Shown here: piece by piece, positions 39,415-50,051 of the stretch
Numbering within the stretch: the first letter of the stretch is position 1
How the letters are laid out: every line of letters begins with the position of its first letter
DNA from: Thermoplasmata archaeon
GTDB taxonomy: Archaea; Thermoplasmatota; Thermoplasmata; Thermoplasmatales; GCA-001856825
Direction: 5' to 3'
Length of the DNA: 64,000 nt
NCBI GenBank assembly: GCA_021792255.1
Contig: JAJYUZ010000001.1
Location: 1 to 64,000, forward strand
Made by a program: the position numbers and the translations under genes
Notes under the pieces: generated by a model
What the model was told of the DNA's origin: nothing
What the model saw: the letters and a program-made list of their open reading frames with translations, nothing else
Databases searched by the model: none

Positions 39415-40896
39415 GTGGGAATTAGAGGGGAAAGGAACGCCATAATTTCGGTTTCCAATAAAGAAGGGCTTGATCGGGTTGGAAATTTTTTATTATCGAA
39501 CAGGTTCAAAATTTTCGGAACGTCGGGAACTAAGTTGTTTCTCGAGAACCACGGCATCTCTTGTGAGAGCGTCGAAAAACTGACTGGGAATCCTGAAATT
39601 CTTGGGGGAAGGGTGAAGACGTTATCATCTTCCCTGCTGGCAGGAATACTTGCACCTGAAAGAGATAACGAAGATCTCAAGAGATTCGATTATCTTCCCA
39701 TTGACCTCATTTTCGTCGAACTTTATGATTTTCTAGGCTCGTACCTCAAAGGTGTCGAAGATCTCGTGGAATTTATCGATATTGGGGGCGTAACGATGCT
39801 CAGGGCTGCCGCCAAAAATTTCCAAAGGGTTGTAACCGTACCTGGAAGGAGTGCGATGGAACGAGTAATGGCCGATATGAATGATGGAGAAGTTTCTTCG
39901 GAACTTAGGAAATCCTTAGCCGCCGAAACTTTTAGATTGACCTCTCTTTACGATTATGCGATATCCCAGTGGCTCGATGGAAGAGGAGATGTTTTTACTA
40001 CCGGAGGAAGGGAATTTACAAAACTGAGGTACGGTGAGAACCCACATCAATCTGCCCATTCATATTCCCTCTATCCTCCTTTCTTTGACGTTCTCAAGAT
40101 TGGGAAGGAAGTCAGCTTCAACAATATAATAGATGCGTGGGCCGCTTGGGAATTGGTCCTAAGGTTGGGAGCAGGATCGAGTTCCGTTGTCAAGCATGCT
40201 GCCCCGTGTGGTGCTGCATTAGGGCCTAGATCAATAGAGATGGCGTACGATTCAGATTCAATTTCAGCTTATGGCGGCATTCTCGCCTATAATGGTACTA
40301 TTGATTCTGAGCACGTATCATTTTTGAAGGACAAGTACCTCGAAGTCATAATCGCCAGAGAATTCGAAAAAAATGCTCACGATCAACTTGAAAAGAAGAA
40401 GAATCTTAGACTTCTCAGGGGGAAGGATGAAGTATATTCGATTCCAGACATTAGAAGCGCTGGCAACATTCTGCTCGTGCAGGAATGGAATAAGAAGTCT
40501 GATCTGGGTCTAGTGACCAGATGTGGCAATCCGAGTGAGGAAACCATAAAAGATGCGAAGTTTGGATGGGAAGTTGTGAAGTCAATAAAGAGCAACGCAA
40601 TCGCGCTAGTCAAAGGGGGGTGGCTCTTGTCCTCAGGAGGAGGTCAGCCTAACCGTGTAGATTCAGTCAGGATAGCTCTAAGTAAATCGAAAGAACTTGG
40701 AAGAACGGACTCTTCAGCAGTACTCATCTCTGATGGATTTTTCCCATTTGCAGATTCCGTTGAAATTATCGAAAAGAGTGGAATCAAAAACATAGCCGCG
40801 CCCATGGGTTCAATTAGGGACGACGAGGTTCTTGACTATTCTAAAAAGAATGGACTTACGTTCATCGAGGTAAAGGAGAGGGCATTCAGGCACTGA
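39415..40896 (+). CDS. purH: Bifunctional AICAR transformylase/IMP cyclohydrolase (start uncertain, 39364-39415)
   Basis: ISVSNK, GGRVKTL, IDIGGVTMLRAAAKN, LRYGENPHQ, KHAAPCG, SDGFFPF, RAFRH. Confidence 0.92.
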   Translation: MGIRGERNAIISVSNKEGLDRVGNFLLSNRFKIFGTSGTKLFLENHGISCESVEKLTGNPEILGGRVKTLSSSLLAGILAPERDNEDLKRFDYLPIDLIFVELYDFLGSYLKGVEDLVEFIDIGGVTMLRAAAKNFQRVVTVPGRSAMERVMADMNDGEVSSELRKSLAAETFRLTSLYDYAISQWLDGRGDVFTTGGREFTKLRYGENPHQSAHSYSLYPPFFDVLKIGKEVSFNNIIDAWAAWELVLRLGAGSSSVVKHAAPCGAALGPRSIEMAYDSDSISAYGGILAYNGTIDSEHVSFLKDKYLEVIIAREFEKNAHDQLEKKKNLRLLRGKDEVYSIPDIRSAGNILLVQEWNKKSDLGLVTRCGNPSEETIKDAKFGWEVVKSIKSNAIALVKGGWLLSSGGGQPNRVDSVRIALSKSKELGRTDSSAVLISDGFFPFADSVEIIEKSGIKNIAAPMGSIRDDEVLDYSKKNGLTFIEVKERAFRH

Positions 40897-40897
40897 T

Positions 40898-41677
40898 TTA
40901 TGGGACGTAGCGGTAAATGCCGCTTTTTATTTCCATTATCTCTCCATCATTCATGAGATTTCTTATTTCTTCTTCTAGCTCTTCTCTGGGTATTCTGGTC
41001 TCAAATTTATTTACTATCTCGTCAAGTGAAATCTCTCTGTAATTCTTAATTTCCCTCAAAATACTCTCCCTGTTCCCCTTATTCACTTTTTGAAGAAAAG
41101 TCTCGATTTGATCTGAGAATTTCTCAACATCAAGGGAACCCTTCAACTCAAAACGGGTGAAGAGGCCAGTTCCGTTTCTCTCTGAATTCATTAGCGCAGA
41201 AAGTTCCTCCTTTTCCCTGATTCCTGAAGAGATGGCTCTTGAAATCTTCTTTACCCTTTCACTCATAAATTGAATGGCCTTAGCTTCGAAATACTTTCTA
41301 TCAAGTTCCGATATTTTGGAAATATTCTCCAAGTAGAAACGTTTAGAAAACTGCGACTGTGAATTCGAAATTGAGATTTTACCCGCGATCAGAACGTTAT
41401 CATTTTCGGCGAGTTCTTCGAGGATTTCAAGGCTATCGGAATAATAAGAACCCACAGAGAGAGCTATTTCGTTGAAGCTGTCTTTTATCTTCAGGATTGA
41501 GCGGTCGTCTTCCTCCATTTTTGATACGAATTTTCCCGAAATTAGGAACCTGTTTACTAGAAGGCCTAACTCCGAAAGCCCGTAAGTAGTTGCATCATCT
41601 CCATTTTCTTGGTAAACCTCGTCTATTCCCAACAGTTCAGGAGTGGTTATCCGCACGGCGGGTTCTCTCTGTCTCAT
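40898..41677 (-). CDS. RPA-associated protein (OB fold plus C-terminal winged helix)
   Basis: REPAVRI..E start, VNRFLISG, C-terminal LMNDGEIMEIKSG; overlaps rpa. Confidence 0.75.
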   Translation of the reverse strand: MRQREPAVRITTPELLGIDEVYQENGDDATTYGLSELGLLVNRFLISGKFVSKMEEDDRSILKIKDSFNEIALSVGSYYSDSLEILEELAENDNVLIAGKISISNSQSQFSKRFYLENISKISELDRKYFEAKAIQFMSERVKKISRAISSGIREKEELSALMNSERNGTGLFTRFELKGSLDVEKFSDQIETFLQKVNKGNRESILREIKNYREISLDEIVNKFETRIPREELEEEIRNLMNDGEIMEIKSGIYRYVP

Positions 41678-42942
41678 CTTAACCCCTCCACCGTTTTCTG
41701 ATATGCCTCACCGGTTGCATTATCGTCCAGCACATCCAATACCTGAAGTTCGTAGTACGTCCCAGACGATCCCCTGAATCCGTATATCTCAAATTTAACG
41801 GGTTTCATGACGATCTTGTTCTTCAGCTCTTGCAGGATATCGGTCTCCTTTCCACTCTCTATAGATCTCTTGATTCTATCCTTTCCTCCGTCTACATATT
41901 TCTCTAGCACTTTCTGGTATGCATAGGCAATTGGAGAGGAATAACCATCATCGACTATAACTGACAGTCGGAGTATTCTCTCTACAGGTGCGTCTGGATG
42001 GTTGGCGCACTTTCCTTCCTTTACCACTCGCTGGCAAACTGAACAGACGGATACCACAAGATTTTTGTCCAGAATTCTTAAGATTAAGCCGCTTCCCTCA
42101 ACGGTCCCATTCTGAGAGTTAGCGAGCTGTTCAAGCGTATCGAATTTACCACTCTCCTTAGAGATCACATTGACCCTTGTGCCTTTTCCAATTTGCAGAT
42201 AGAGCTTCTCTCTGAACTGCTTGACAGAAGCTCCCTTGATCTCCACAGTTCCATTGTCAAGGGGAGTACCCCAACTCTGCACTGAAACGTTTCCCGTGTC
42301 ATCGTTCAGAATTCCCGAGTACAGGGTCACTGAATCTTTCCCCACATTATCTTTGGAGCTCGTAGACCTGAGAGATCCTCTTATAGACACATCGTACAGG
42401 TCCGGCTTCAGATCTTTTATTTTTAGGCTTTCCCCAATGACGCTTCTGAGATTGGATTTTTCAAGTACGTTTAACTCCTGTTTAGAAGAAATTGTCAGGT
42501 AAGGGTGGTCGTTGTAGCTTCCGACTTGTGCATTTACGATAAGCACTAGATCACCCTTGGAAATTCTGCTCGTGCTCTCGGGGAATTCCGTAAAAGGCAA
42601 TTTCCCTGTTTTGTCCTCTAGCGTTCCCACACACCTGATTCTCTTATTTCCCCCCTTTTCGTATTCGATGCACCTGATTGAACTTACATTTCCAAGTATG
42701 TTGCCCTGATAACCATCCCGGATGTCCTTTAAGGTTGTAGCTTGAAAAAAGGAGTCCATATCTCCCGAATATTTCCTAAGGAGTTCCAGCGCCAGGTTGA
42801 GCGGAACTGCATTCTCCATCCCGATTCTCTTCTTGAATTCTGCAGTTGCTTCTTCGTTATTCTGAACTGCCTCGCTGAACCTCTTCGTGTATTGATTTAT
42901 AAAGTCGTTACCGGCCAAATTAATTCGCCCTCGTCTCTTCAA
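41674..42942 (-). CDS. rpa: Replication protein A (multiple OB folds, CxxC..CxxH zinc finger)
   Basis: GTLEDKTG, GILNDDTG, CSVCQR..CANH, LSVIVDDG. Confidence 0.85.
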   Translation of the reverse strand: MKRRGRINLAGNDFINQYTKRFSEAVQNNEEATAEFKKRIGMENAVPLNLALELLRKYSGDMDSFFQATTLKDIRDGYQGNILGNVSSIRCIEYEKGGNKRIRCVGTLEDKTGKLPFTEFPESTSRISKGDLVLIVNAQVGSYNDHPYLTISSKQELNVLEKSNLRSVIGESLKIKDLKPDLYDVSIRGSLRSTSSKDNVGKDSVTLYSGILNDDTGNVSVQSWGTPLDNGTVEIKGASVKQFREKLYLQIGKGTRVNVISKESGKFDTLEQLANSQNGTVEGSGLILRILDKNLVVSVCSVCQRVVKEGKCANHPDAPVERILRLSVIVDDGYSSPIAYAYQKVLEKYVDGGKDRIKRSIESGKETDILQELKNKIVMKPVKFEIYGFRGSSGTYYELQVLDVLDDNATGEAYQKTVEGLR

Positions 42943-43979
42943 TGTTTTCTGGGAAAAAAGCTTATCCTATTTCCTTTCTTTAAAACCATTATTTTTTCAT
43001 AGAAATTTGGCCTAGTTACCAGTTGGTACGCGGTCAGTTTTTCGTCAGGGAAGAATAGATATTTTTCTTGGTTCATCTTTAATTTGAGCCTAGAGATAAC
43101 TCTCCTTGGGTTGTCTATAACTGTCGACAGGACTTCTTCTGGACTAAGCCTGTTAAGTTTTCTCTGATACCTGTACAGGAACTCTACTTCTTCCATTATT
43201 GCAGGCTCCGTTATGAATGCATTATCGGTCCCTAGCAATACCGTCAGTCCGAATCGAAAGAGTCGGGAATAATCGGGTCTCTTTCCGTGAAAAACATTCG
43301 ATCTTGGGGTTATCGTGACCGGGATACCAGATCTGCTAAGGGCTTTAAGATCGCCGTCCGTTACCTCAATGCAGTGCACTATGTAGTCTGGCTTTAAGTC
43401 AAGAAGGCTCTTTATGTCCTCTCTTTTATTTTCACTGAAATGAATCGCAAATATTTTTTTTCTCTCGTGAGCTGAATTAGCGAGATCTTTCAGACATTTC
43501 AGATCGTGATCTGCGAGGGCACTCATACCAAAACCCGCAGATTTATTAAGAAGTGATGGAATTTCCTCGCTCGTCGTTGGTCTCGTTAGGAAGAAGCCGG
43601 TTATGTCATTGAATTTCGGGGCTAGGTTCAGTCCTTTCATTCCAGACTCTCTGAAGTCGAAGAATGCAAGTGTCCCTTGGTTTTTCATGAAATCAATGGA
43701 TCTCTTCATGGACCTTTTAACAACGGAGGCAGGTGCCTGATTTAAAGCCCTCATCTTGAACCCACCTGGTCCGACTATCTGTTCTAAGCTCCCCTCTGGT
43801 TCGGAGCTTATGAAGGAATCTCCGAGATGAGTGTGAAAATTAATGGGTGCCTCGATCAGTGTACCCTCAACATCCGATGGCGTAGAAGAGTCAACAAACC
43901 TGTCTCGTAGAATGCTGTACTTGCCATCTTTCATTTCTCCATCTTTGTAGATGGAGCCATTTACGATTAAATCTTTCAC
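42939..43979 (-). CDS. Metal-dependent amidohydrolase/deaminase
   Basis: INFHTHLGD, AIHFSE, IVH, LGTDN. Confidence 0.85.
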   Translation of the reverse strand: MKDLIVNGSIYKDGEMKDGKYSILRDRFVDSSTPSDVEGTLIEAPINFHTHLGDSFISSEPEGSLEQIVGPGGFKMRALNQAPASVVKRSMKRSIDFMKNQGTLAFFDFRESGMKGLNLAPKFNDITGFFLTRPTTSEEIPSLLNKSAGFGMSALADHDLKCLKDLANSAHERKKIFAIHFSENKREDIKSLLDLKPDYIVHCIEVTDGDLKALSRSGIPVTITPRSNVFHGKRPDYSRLFRFGLTVLLGTDNAFITEPAIMEEVEFLYRYQRKLNRLSPEEVLSTVIDNPRRVISRLKLKMNQEKYLFFPDEKLTAYQLVTRPNFYEKIMVLKKGNRISFFPRKH

Positions 43980-44033
43980 GTTTCGTCATAGTACGTAGGG
44001 TTAAATATTTTTAATCTAAGTAGATAATAGAAG

Positions 44034-45299
44034 GTGGAATTCCTCAGAGATTTACGAGGATTTAGAAGGACCCCCTTCAGGGATGAGATAGTCAACTCCA
44101 TCGATTACGCATTTGCCAAAAATCTTCCTGAGCAGAGAGTACTATCGTTCCTGAGTCAGAAGAGAGATCTGGAAATAGAGGGGAAGCTCGTTGTCGTCGG
44201 ATTCGGAAAGGCGGGAAGAGGGATGTACGAAGGAGCTAGAAGATTCTTCGCAGATAGAATTTCAACTGCAAGGATGATAATTCCGGCTCAAGCGAAAGAA
44301 GAGTTAGAATATCCATTTCTCCAGGGAAATCACCCATTTCCAGCCAAGGAGTCAATAAAGAACTCCAAACTGCTTATCGGTTCGCTAAAGAATCTAGAGC
44401 GAGAAGACTTGGTATTAGTCCTAATCTCCGGGGGAGGCTCATCTCTTTTTGAAATTCCAAGAAAAGGTGTTAGACTAGAAAAATACAATAGAACAATAAG
44501 CTGCATGATGAAAAATGGAGCCAACATCGAAGAAATGAACGCAGTTCGGTCCTTATTTTCGAGGACGAAGGGCGGAGGGCTTCTGAATTTCACCTACCCT
44601 GCAAGGGTCTTGAGTCTCATAATTTCTGATGTGCCTGGAGATTCAGAGAGCATCGTCGCGTCGGGTCCCACCTCCGTCCCTCAGAAACAAACTTTGATCA
44701 GGAAGACGCTGGTGAGGTACAAGCAGTGTGGTGAGATTCCCCAAGTCAGCAGAGAAAAACCTGTGAAATCATATAAGGCAGATAACAACGTAATCTTGAA
44801 AAATTCAGATTTTGTTAGTGCGATTCACGAAAGACTAGTTGAAAGAGGATTCGTATCGGCGAACATAGGGTCAGGAATAGTCGGCAACACAGACTTGGTC
44901 GCAAAGTACTTGGTAAACAAGATGCGGTCTTTCCACAAGGAAGAAAAGAAACCAATTTTCATTGTTGGAGGTGGTGAGACATCTACTAGATTCACGGGTA
45001 AAGGGATAGGAGGACGCAATCTCGAACTTACCCTAAAAGTGTTGTTGCTTATGAAGAAAAATGAAGAGTTCGCTTTTGGGAGCATTGGAACAGATGGTCA
45101 AGATGGAACGAGTGGCGCAATGGGTGCAATAGTCGATAACGACACTCTGAAGTCTCTTGATAGAGAATTCATAGTCAGCGAGCTCTCCAAGAGCGAGAGT
45201 TTAGAACCTTTGAAGTTAACACAAGACGTCCTATTCACCGGCAATACTGGCACGAATGTGGCAGACATCCTCATAGGTTACTATGCAGGAATCGGATGA
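44034..45299 (+). CDS. gck: Glycerate 2-kinase (MOFRL family)
   Basis: GFGKA, LISGGGSSL, SDVPGD..ASGP, GGET, GGRN, TDGQDG, TGTNVAD. Confidence 0.9.
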   Translation: MEFLRDLRGFRRTPFRDEIVNSIDYAFAKNLPEQRVLSFLSQKRDLEIEGKLVVVGFGKAGRGMYEGARRFFADRISTARMIIPAQAKEELEYPFLQGNHPFPAKESIKNSKLLIGSLKNLEREDLVLVLISGGGSSLFEIPRKGVRLEKYNRTISCMMKNGANIEEMNAVRSLFSRTKGGGLLNFTYPARVLSLIISDVPGDSESIVASGPTSVPQKQTLIRKTLVRYKQCGEIPQVSREKPVKSYKADNNVILKNSDFVSAIHERLVERGFVSANIGSGIVGNTDLVAKYLVNKMRSFHKEEKKPIFIVGGGETSTRFTGKGIGGRNLELTLKVLLLMKKNEEFAFGSIGTDGQDGTSGAMGAIVDNDTLKSLDREFIVSELSKSESLEPLKLTQDVLFTGNTGTNVADILIGYYAGIG

Positions 45300-45312
45300 A
45301 AACGGTGAAACA

Positions 45313-46875
45313 CTACGTAGCTTTGAATCTGGTGATTCCACCAATTATCGTTTCAACGACCTTAACGCTCCTGAGGTTCTGAGTATCGAACGGATCTTTA
45401 CTCAGTATTGCAAAATCTGCAAAATTACCGACTTCCAGCGATCCTATCTTGCCGTTCATTAATAGCGATGCGGATCCAGCAGTGTACAAATAAAGGGCAG
45501 TCGAAAGGTCGACCCTCTCATTTGCCGAATATTCCAGAATTTCTCTCTTTTCCCTCTCTCCTCTATTTACAGCAGCATCAACAGACAGCCAGGGATCTGG
45601 AGACGACACGGGAGAATCAGTCGAAATTCCAAGCTTGACGTTACTCGCAAAAAGAGTAGCGAGGGGATACGACATTTTACTCCGTTCCTTTCCTAATCTT
45701 CTAACGGCCCACCAGTCGTCTATGACGAAAGCAGGTTGGACAGATACCCCGATTCCTAACTCTTTTAGTTTACTAGTGTGGTCTTGCCTCAGTACAGTGC
45801 AATGCTCAATTCTCGGTTCAATCAGAATCTTAGGATCGGTTCTGGAAACCGCATCAATGACGGCATCTATGCCTTTATCACCAATTGCGTGAATGGCAAA
45901 CTGCGCCCTTTTCCCTTTGAGTCTTTCAAAGGTCCCGATCAATTTTTCCGAATTCAAGTAGAGGATGCCTTCGTTGGTCGAATCATCTGCATATGGTTCT
46001 CTCAATGCAGCTGTCCCTGCTCCTAGAGCTCCATCGACAAAGAGTTTTATTCCGTTAATTTGCAAATAAGTGTTGCTTCCTACTTTATTTCTAAGATCCT
46101 CCAGTCTGTCCATGCACTCGTCCTTTAAGTAAGCGAATACCCTTAAACCCAACTTTGAACCTTCACTTGACAAGAAATCTACCGATTCGCAGCCACAAGA
46201 TACGAACCCCACCGATGTTATTCCAAGAGAAAGAAGGTAATTTGATGCACTGAGCAGGTTTCTTTCCAGATTTCCTGCGATTTCTAATGCCTTTTCTTTG
46301 AAAAACCACGCGGCTTCTTCCTTTACTACCCCACTCAATTTTCCGTCTGGGGACACTGGAAAAATGGGATCAGGGAAGACGTTTGAATTCAAATATTCGA
46401 GCATTTTGGTATTTATCACCGCGGCATGCTCGCAGAATCTTTCCAGGAACACTGGAATCCCGGTTTCAACTTTATCGATATCCCCCCTATTGGGCCATCT
46501 GCCTTCCGAAAAAGATTCTTGATCCCAACCCATGCCTATTATCACTCGAACGTCAGGATTCTTAAGGTGATAGTCGTGGAGCCTTTTCTTCATTTCCTTG
46601 ATAGAATCACTACCTCTTAGGTCCAGAAAATTCAACGAGCCTCCTAGATCGTCGAGATGAATATGGGAATCGACAAATCCCGGTATCACAATTCTCTTGT
46701 TCAGGTTTACGAAAGTAACTACTTTCTTCCCATACAGCTCCATTGCTTCTTCAGACTTTCCACAAAATTCTATCTTATCTCCATTTGTGACTATTGATTC
46801 AACTGTCGTCAAGGGGATGAATTTGGAATAAATAGTTCCATTATAGAAAATTTTGATATCGTCTGTGCGTCTCAT
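45313..46875 (-). CDS. YtcJ-like amidohydrolase 3
   Basis: PGFVDSHIH, KLFVDGALG..TA, HAIGD, RIEH, STDSP. Confidence 0.9.
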   Translation of the reverse strand: MRRTDDIKIFYNGTIYSKFIPLTTVESIVTNGDKIEFCGKSEEAMELYGKKVVTFVNLNKRIVIPGFVDSHIHLDDLGGSLNFLDLRGSDSIKEMKKRLHDYHLKNPDVRVIIGMGWDQESFSEGRWPNRGDIDKVETGIPVFLERFCEHAAVINTKMLEYLNSNVFPDPIFPVSPDGKLSGVVKEEAAWFFKEKALEIAGNLERNLLSASNYLLSLGITSVGFVSCGCESVDFLSSEGSKLGLRVFAYLKDECMDRLEDLRNKVGSNTYLQINGIKLFVDGALGAGTAALREPYADDSTNEGILYLNSEKLIGTFERLKGKRAQFAIHAIGDKGIDAVIDAVSRTDPKILIEPRIEHCTVLRQDHTSKLKELGIGVSVQPAFVIDDWWAVRRLGKERSKMSYPLATLFASNVKLGISTDSPVSSPDPWLSVDAAVNRGEREKREILEYSANERVDLSTALYLYTAGSASLLMNGKIGSLEVGNFADFAILSKDPFDTQNLRSVKVVETIIGGITRFKAT

Positions 46876-46967
46876 ACAATCTCAACTATTAGAAATGTAA
46901 AGATTTTTGGTTCAATCAGCGAGGTCACCACAAAGTATTATTTTCTTCAGTTCGATGACTGGCGGGA

Positions 46968-47642
46968 ATGGAAAGGGAAAAGGTAGTACTGTCTTGGAGC
47001 GGAGGAAAGGACAGTGCGCTTACGCTGCACACTCTGTTGGCCCAGAAGGAATTCGAAGTTGTGTATCTTCTAACCACCGTAACAAGAGATTATGGAAGAA
47101 TCAGCATGCACGGAGTGAGAGAAGAGTTGCTGTCAGAACAGGCAAGACGTACTTCAATTGAATCGGATATCGCATACATTACGAAGGATGCTACAGACGA
47201 AGAATATGAAAAATCGATGAGTGAGAAAATTTTCAAGTATGCTGCTGAAGGAGTAACGAGCGTTGCATTCGGCGACCTGTATTTGGAAGATATAAGAAAA
47301 TACAGAGAGGATAAAATGTCCAAAACGGGGATGAAGTGTACTTTTCCACTCTGGGGAAAAGATACGACTATTCTCGCACACGATTTCATAAAAAAGGGAT
47401 TTAAGGCCATAATATGCACCATTGATCCCAGAAAACTCGGAAGGGAGTTTGCTGGTAAGGAGTTTGACGAAGATTTCCTCTCATCACTACCTCGAGGAGT
47501 TGATCCGTGTGGTGAAAATGGAGAATTTCACAGCTTCGTTTACGAAGGTCCAATATTTGACAGTCCAATCCCGGTAAGAAGAGGAGAAAACGTTCTCAGA
47601 GGCAACTTCTATTTCACGGACATTCTTCTTGGCAATCAGTGA
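46968..47642 (+). CDS. Dph6/MJ0570-related PP-loop ATP pyrophosphatase
   Basis: SWSGGKDS, FGDLYL, PLW, DPCGENGEFHSFV. Confidence 0.88.
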   Translation: MEREKVVLSWSGGKDSALTLHTLLAQKEFEVVYLLTTVTRDYGRISMHGVREELLSEQARRTSIESDIAYITKDATDEEYEKSMSEKIFKYAAEGVTSVAFGDLYLEDIRKYREDKMSKTGMKCTFPLWGKDTTILAHDFIKKGFKAIICTIDPRKLGREFAGKEFDEDFLSSLPRGVDPCGENGEFHSFVYEGPIFDSPIPVRRGENVLRGNFYFTDILLGNQ

Positions 47643-47706
47643 ATCCTTTCCGTTTGCTACAGATTTTATACAAGCAATTCTTGAGAACCTTACTGGTGAG
47701 AAACTT

Positions 47707-48285
47707 ATGAGTAATGTTTCACCTAGCAAGCTGAGGTGTGGTTGGTCTTCCAGCGAACAGGTAATGACCGAGTACCACGACACGGAGTGGGGAGTACCTA
47801 TTCACGATGATAGAAAAATGTTTGAATTTCTGGTTCTTGAAGGCGCTCAAGCGGGCCTTAGTTGGGTAACTATTCTAAAGAGACGAACTGCTTACAAAAA
47901 AGCGTTTGATAATTTTAACTACAATGAGGTCGCCAAGTATGATAAGAAGAAAATCGACGAACTTGTGCAAAACGAAACGATCATCAGAAACAGGCTCAAG
48001 ATAGAGTCGGCAGTGACAAATGCAAGGGCGCTCATAAACGTTAGAAAAGAATTCGGTTCCTTTGAAAAATACCTCTGGCAGTTTGTTGGAGGAGAGCCGA
48101 TAAAGAATCAGTGGAAAACGCTCAAGTGTGTCCCTGCCAAGACAGACATCTCTGACCTAATGAGTAAGGACTTAATGAGGAGAGGGTTCAAATTCATGGG
48201 GTCGACGATATGCTATGCCCACATGCAGGCTACCGGATTGGTCAATGACCATTTGGTGTCGTGCTTCAGGTACGATCAGATATAG
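47707..48285 (+). CDS. tag: DNA-3-methyladenine glycosylase I
   Basis: RCGW, YHDTEWGVP, LEGAQAGLSW, IIRNRLKI, NDHLVSC. Confidence 0.95.
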   Translation: MSNVSPSKLRCGWSSSEQVMTEYHDTEWGVPIHDDRKMFEFLVLEGAQAGLSWVTILKRRTAYKKAFDNFNYNEVAKYDKKKIDELVQNETIIRNRLKIESAVTNARALINVRKEFGSFEKYLWQFVGGEPIKNQWKTLKCVPAKTDISDLMSKDLMRRGFKFMGSTICYAHMQATGLVNDHLVSCFRYDQI

Positions 48286-48389
48286 GCTTGAATAGAGTAG
48301 CCCGAAGTGAACGTATTTGGTCTAGTCGAATCAAAATTAAGAAAAAGCAAGATGCAAATGTAATATAACTCGGGTCAGATATCTCCAGC

Positions 48390-49547
48390 ATGAAAAAATT
48401 GCTCATGATTCCAGGCCCAATTGAGTACGATAGTGACGTTCTGAACGCACTGTCTCTCCCTACTATTTCTCACTCTTCGAAGGAGTTCATCTCTGTTTAC
48501 AGGGACGCGCTACTGAATTTGAGTGCAATTTTTGGATCTTCGACGAGCGACAGCTTACCATTCATCATCTCTGGATCTGGAACTCTGGGGATGGAGGCAT
48601 CCGTCGTCAACTTCATCAAGAGGGATTCGAAAGTTCTAGTGGTAAACACAGGATACTTCGGTGATAGATTCGTCGACCTGCTTTCTAGATTCACCAGCAA
48701 TTTTGAACAGATCAAACCTGCACTTGGTGAAGCCGTCGATCCTTCTCTTGTAAGAGAGAAAATTGACACAAACGAATACGAATTGATAACAGTCACGCAC
48801 GTTGACACAAGCACAGGCGTGCGGAACGACGTCAAGCGAATCGCAGAAATCACAAGAAACTCAGACACTTTGTTGGTCGTCGATGCAGTCTGTTCTGCAG
48901 GCGGAGAGAATTTAGACATGAAATGGGGGATAGACGTGGCGTTTTCGGCATCACAGAAAGCGCTGGGGGCTCCTCCCGGACTGGCAGTCGGGGTTGCGAG
49001 CAACAGGGCAATTTCAAGAATGGAAAAATTACCGCCCCTGTCATTCTTTTCGGATTTAAGGAAATGGAAGGTAGTGTCAACGGGGGTTCTGGATTCAAAG
49101 GGTGGGTACTTCGGGACCCCGAACGTCAATCTGGTTTTGGCTTTGGGTATCAGTCTCTCCAAAATAATGAAAGAAGGAATGGAGGTCAGGATCAGGAGGC
49201 ACGAGCTGATGTCCGCTTCCATAAGGGCAGGACTAGAAAGCATGGGACTTGAAATGATTGCCAAAAAGGCATACGCAAATACAGTTTCTGCAGTCTATCT
49301 CCCTCAAGGGGTGGATCTCAAGAAGTTCTTGGAACACGCAGAAGACAGAGGGGTAGTTTTTGCATCAGGCCTGATCAAAGAAATTGGTGGCAGATATTTC
49401 AGAATTGGACACATGGGAAACATAGGCCCTTCAGAGGTGATGATCTCAATCGGGGCAATCGAAAAAGCACTGGAAGCAAATGGGCATTTGATGAGACCGG
49501 GAATCGGTCTTTCAGCTGCGCAATCTAATCTTTTCAAATCCAGTTAA
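48390..49547 (+). CDS. Class V aminotransferase (alanine-glyoxylate/serine-pyruvate type)
   Basis: LLMIPGP, HVDTSTG, DAVCS, SQKALGAPPG, FRIGHMG. Confidence 0.92.
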   Translation: MKKLLMIPGPIEYDSDVLNALSLPTISHSSKEFISVYRDALLNLSAIFGSSTSDSLPFIISGSGTLGMEASVVNFIKRDSKVLVVNTGYFGDRFVDLLSRFTSNFEQIKPALGEAVDPSLVREKIDTNEYELITVTHVDTSTGVRNDVKRIAEITRNSDTLLVVDAVCSAGGENLDMKWGIDVAFSASQKALGAPPGLAVGVASNRAISRMEKLPPLSFFSDLRKWKVVSTGVLDSKGGYFGTPNVNLVLALGISLSKIMKEGMEVRIRRHELMSASIRAGLESMGLEMIAKKAYANTVSAVYLPQGVDLKKFLEHAEDRGVVFASGLIKEIGGRYFRIGHMGNIGPSEVMISIGAIEKALEANGHLMRPGIGLSAAQSNLFKSS

Positions 49548-49648
49548 ATGGTCCCTTCATCAAAATCTCGGAAAATTCAGGGGCTTACCTGACAACATAA
49601 TCTTCTCATCGAAAAGCTTACAGGCATCTCTATTCAAGTGTCCAATAC

Positions 49649-49990
49649 TCAGTGCATCTTCTTGAGCTCGTCAAGATATTCTTTTAGCTTTATAGATTCC
49701 ATCAATGCTGGGGTTCCACCCATTAGCAGCGCGATAAAGGTCGCTTCGTTCAATTCGTCCTCAGTGACTCCGCTATCCATTGCGAGTTTTAAATGATAAG
49801 CTAAGCACCAATCACATCTCTGGGTGAGGGACAGTGTCACGAAAATGAGTTCCTTGTATTTTACGGGGATTTTACCAGAACTCATGACACTCTCGATGAG
49901 TTTCATATATTCCTTGGTGGGCTCAGGAAAAGAAGCAGAATAGTTACCAAATATCCTCTGAATTTCACTCAATTTTTCTGAGAGTTCCAT
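49649..49990 (-). CDS. Carboxymuconolactone decarboxylase/AhpD-like protein
   Basis: KELI......RCDWCLAYH...A..G.T..E. Confidence 0.85.
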   Translation of the reverse strand: MELSEKLSEIQRIFGNYSASFPEPTKEYMKLIESVMSSGKIPVKYKELIFVTLSLTQRCDWCLAYHLKLAMDSGVTEDELNEATFIALLMGGTPALMESIKLKEYLDELKKMH

Positions 49991-50051
49991 GGCAAATTAA
50001 ACCGTGCAAAGAAATGAGTCTTTTGTATCTTTTCTCACTAAGGTTTTTGCC

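Noticed and set aside
48497-49264. 255-aa antisense ORF, plus other long antisense ORFs such as 3176-3673, 37758-38288 and 55848-56351
   Set aside because: They are shadows of well-supported genes on the opposite strand and show no motifs.
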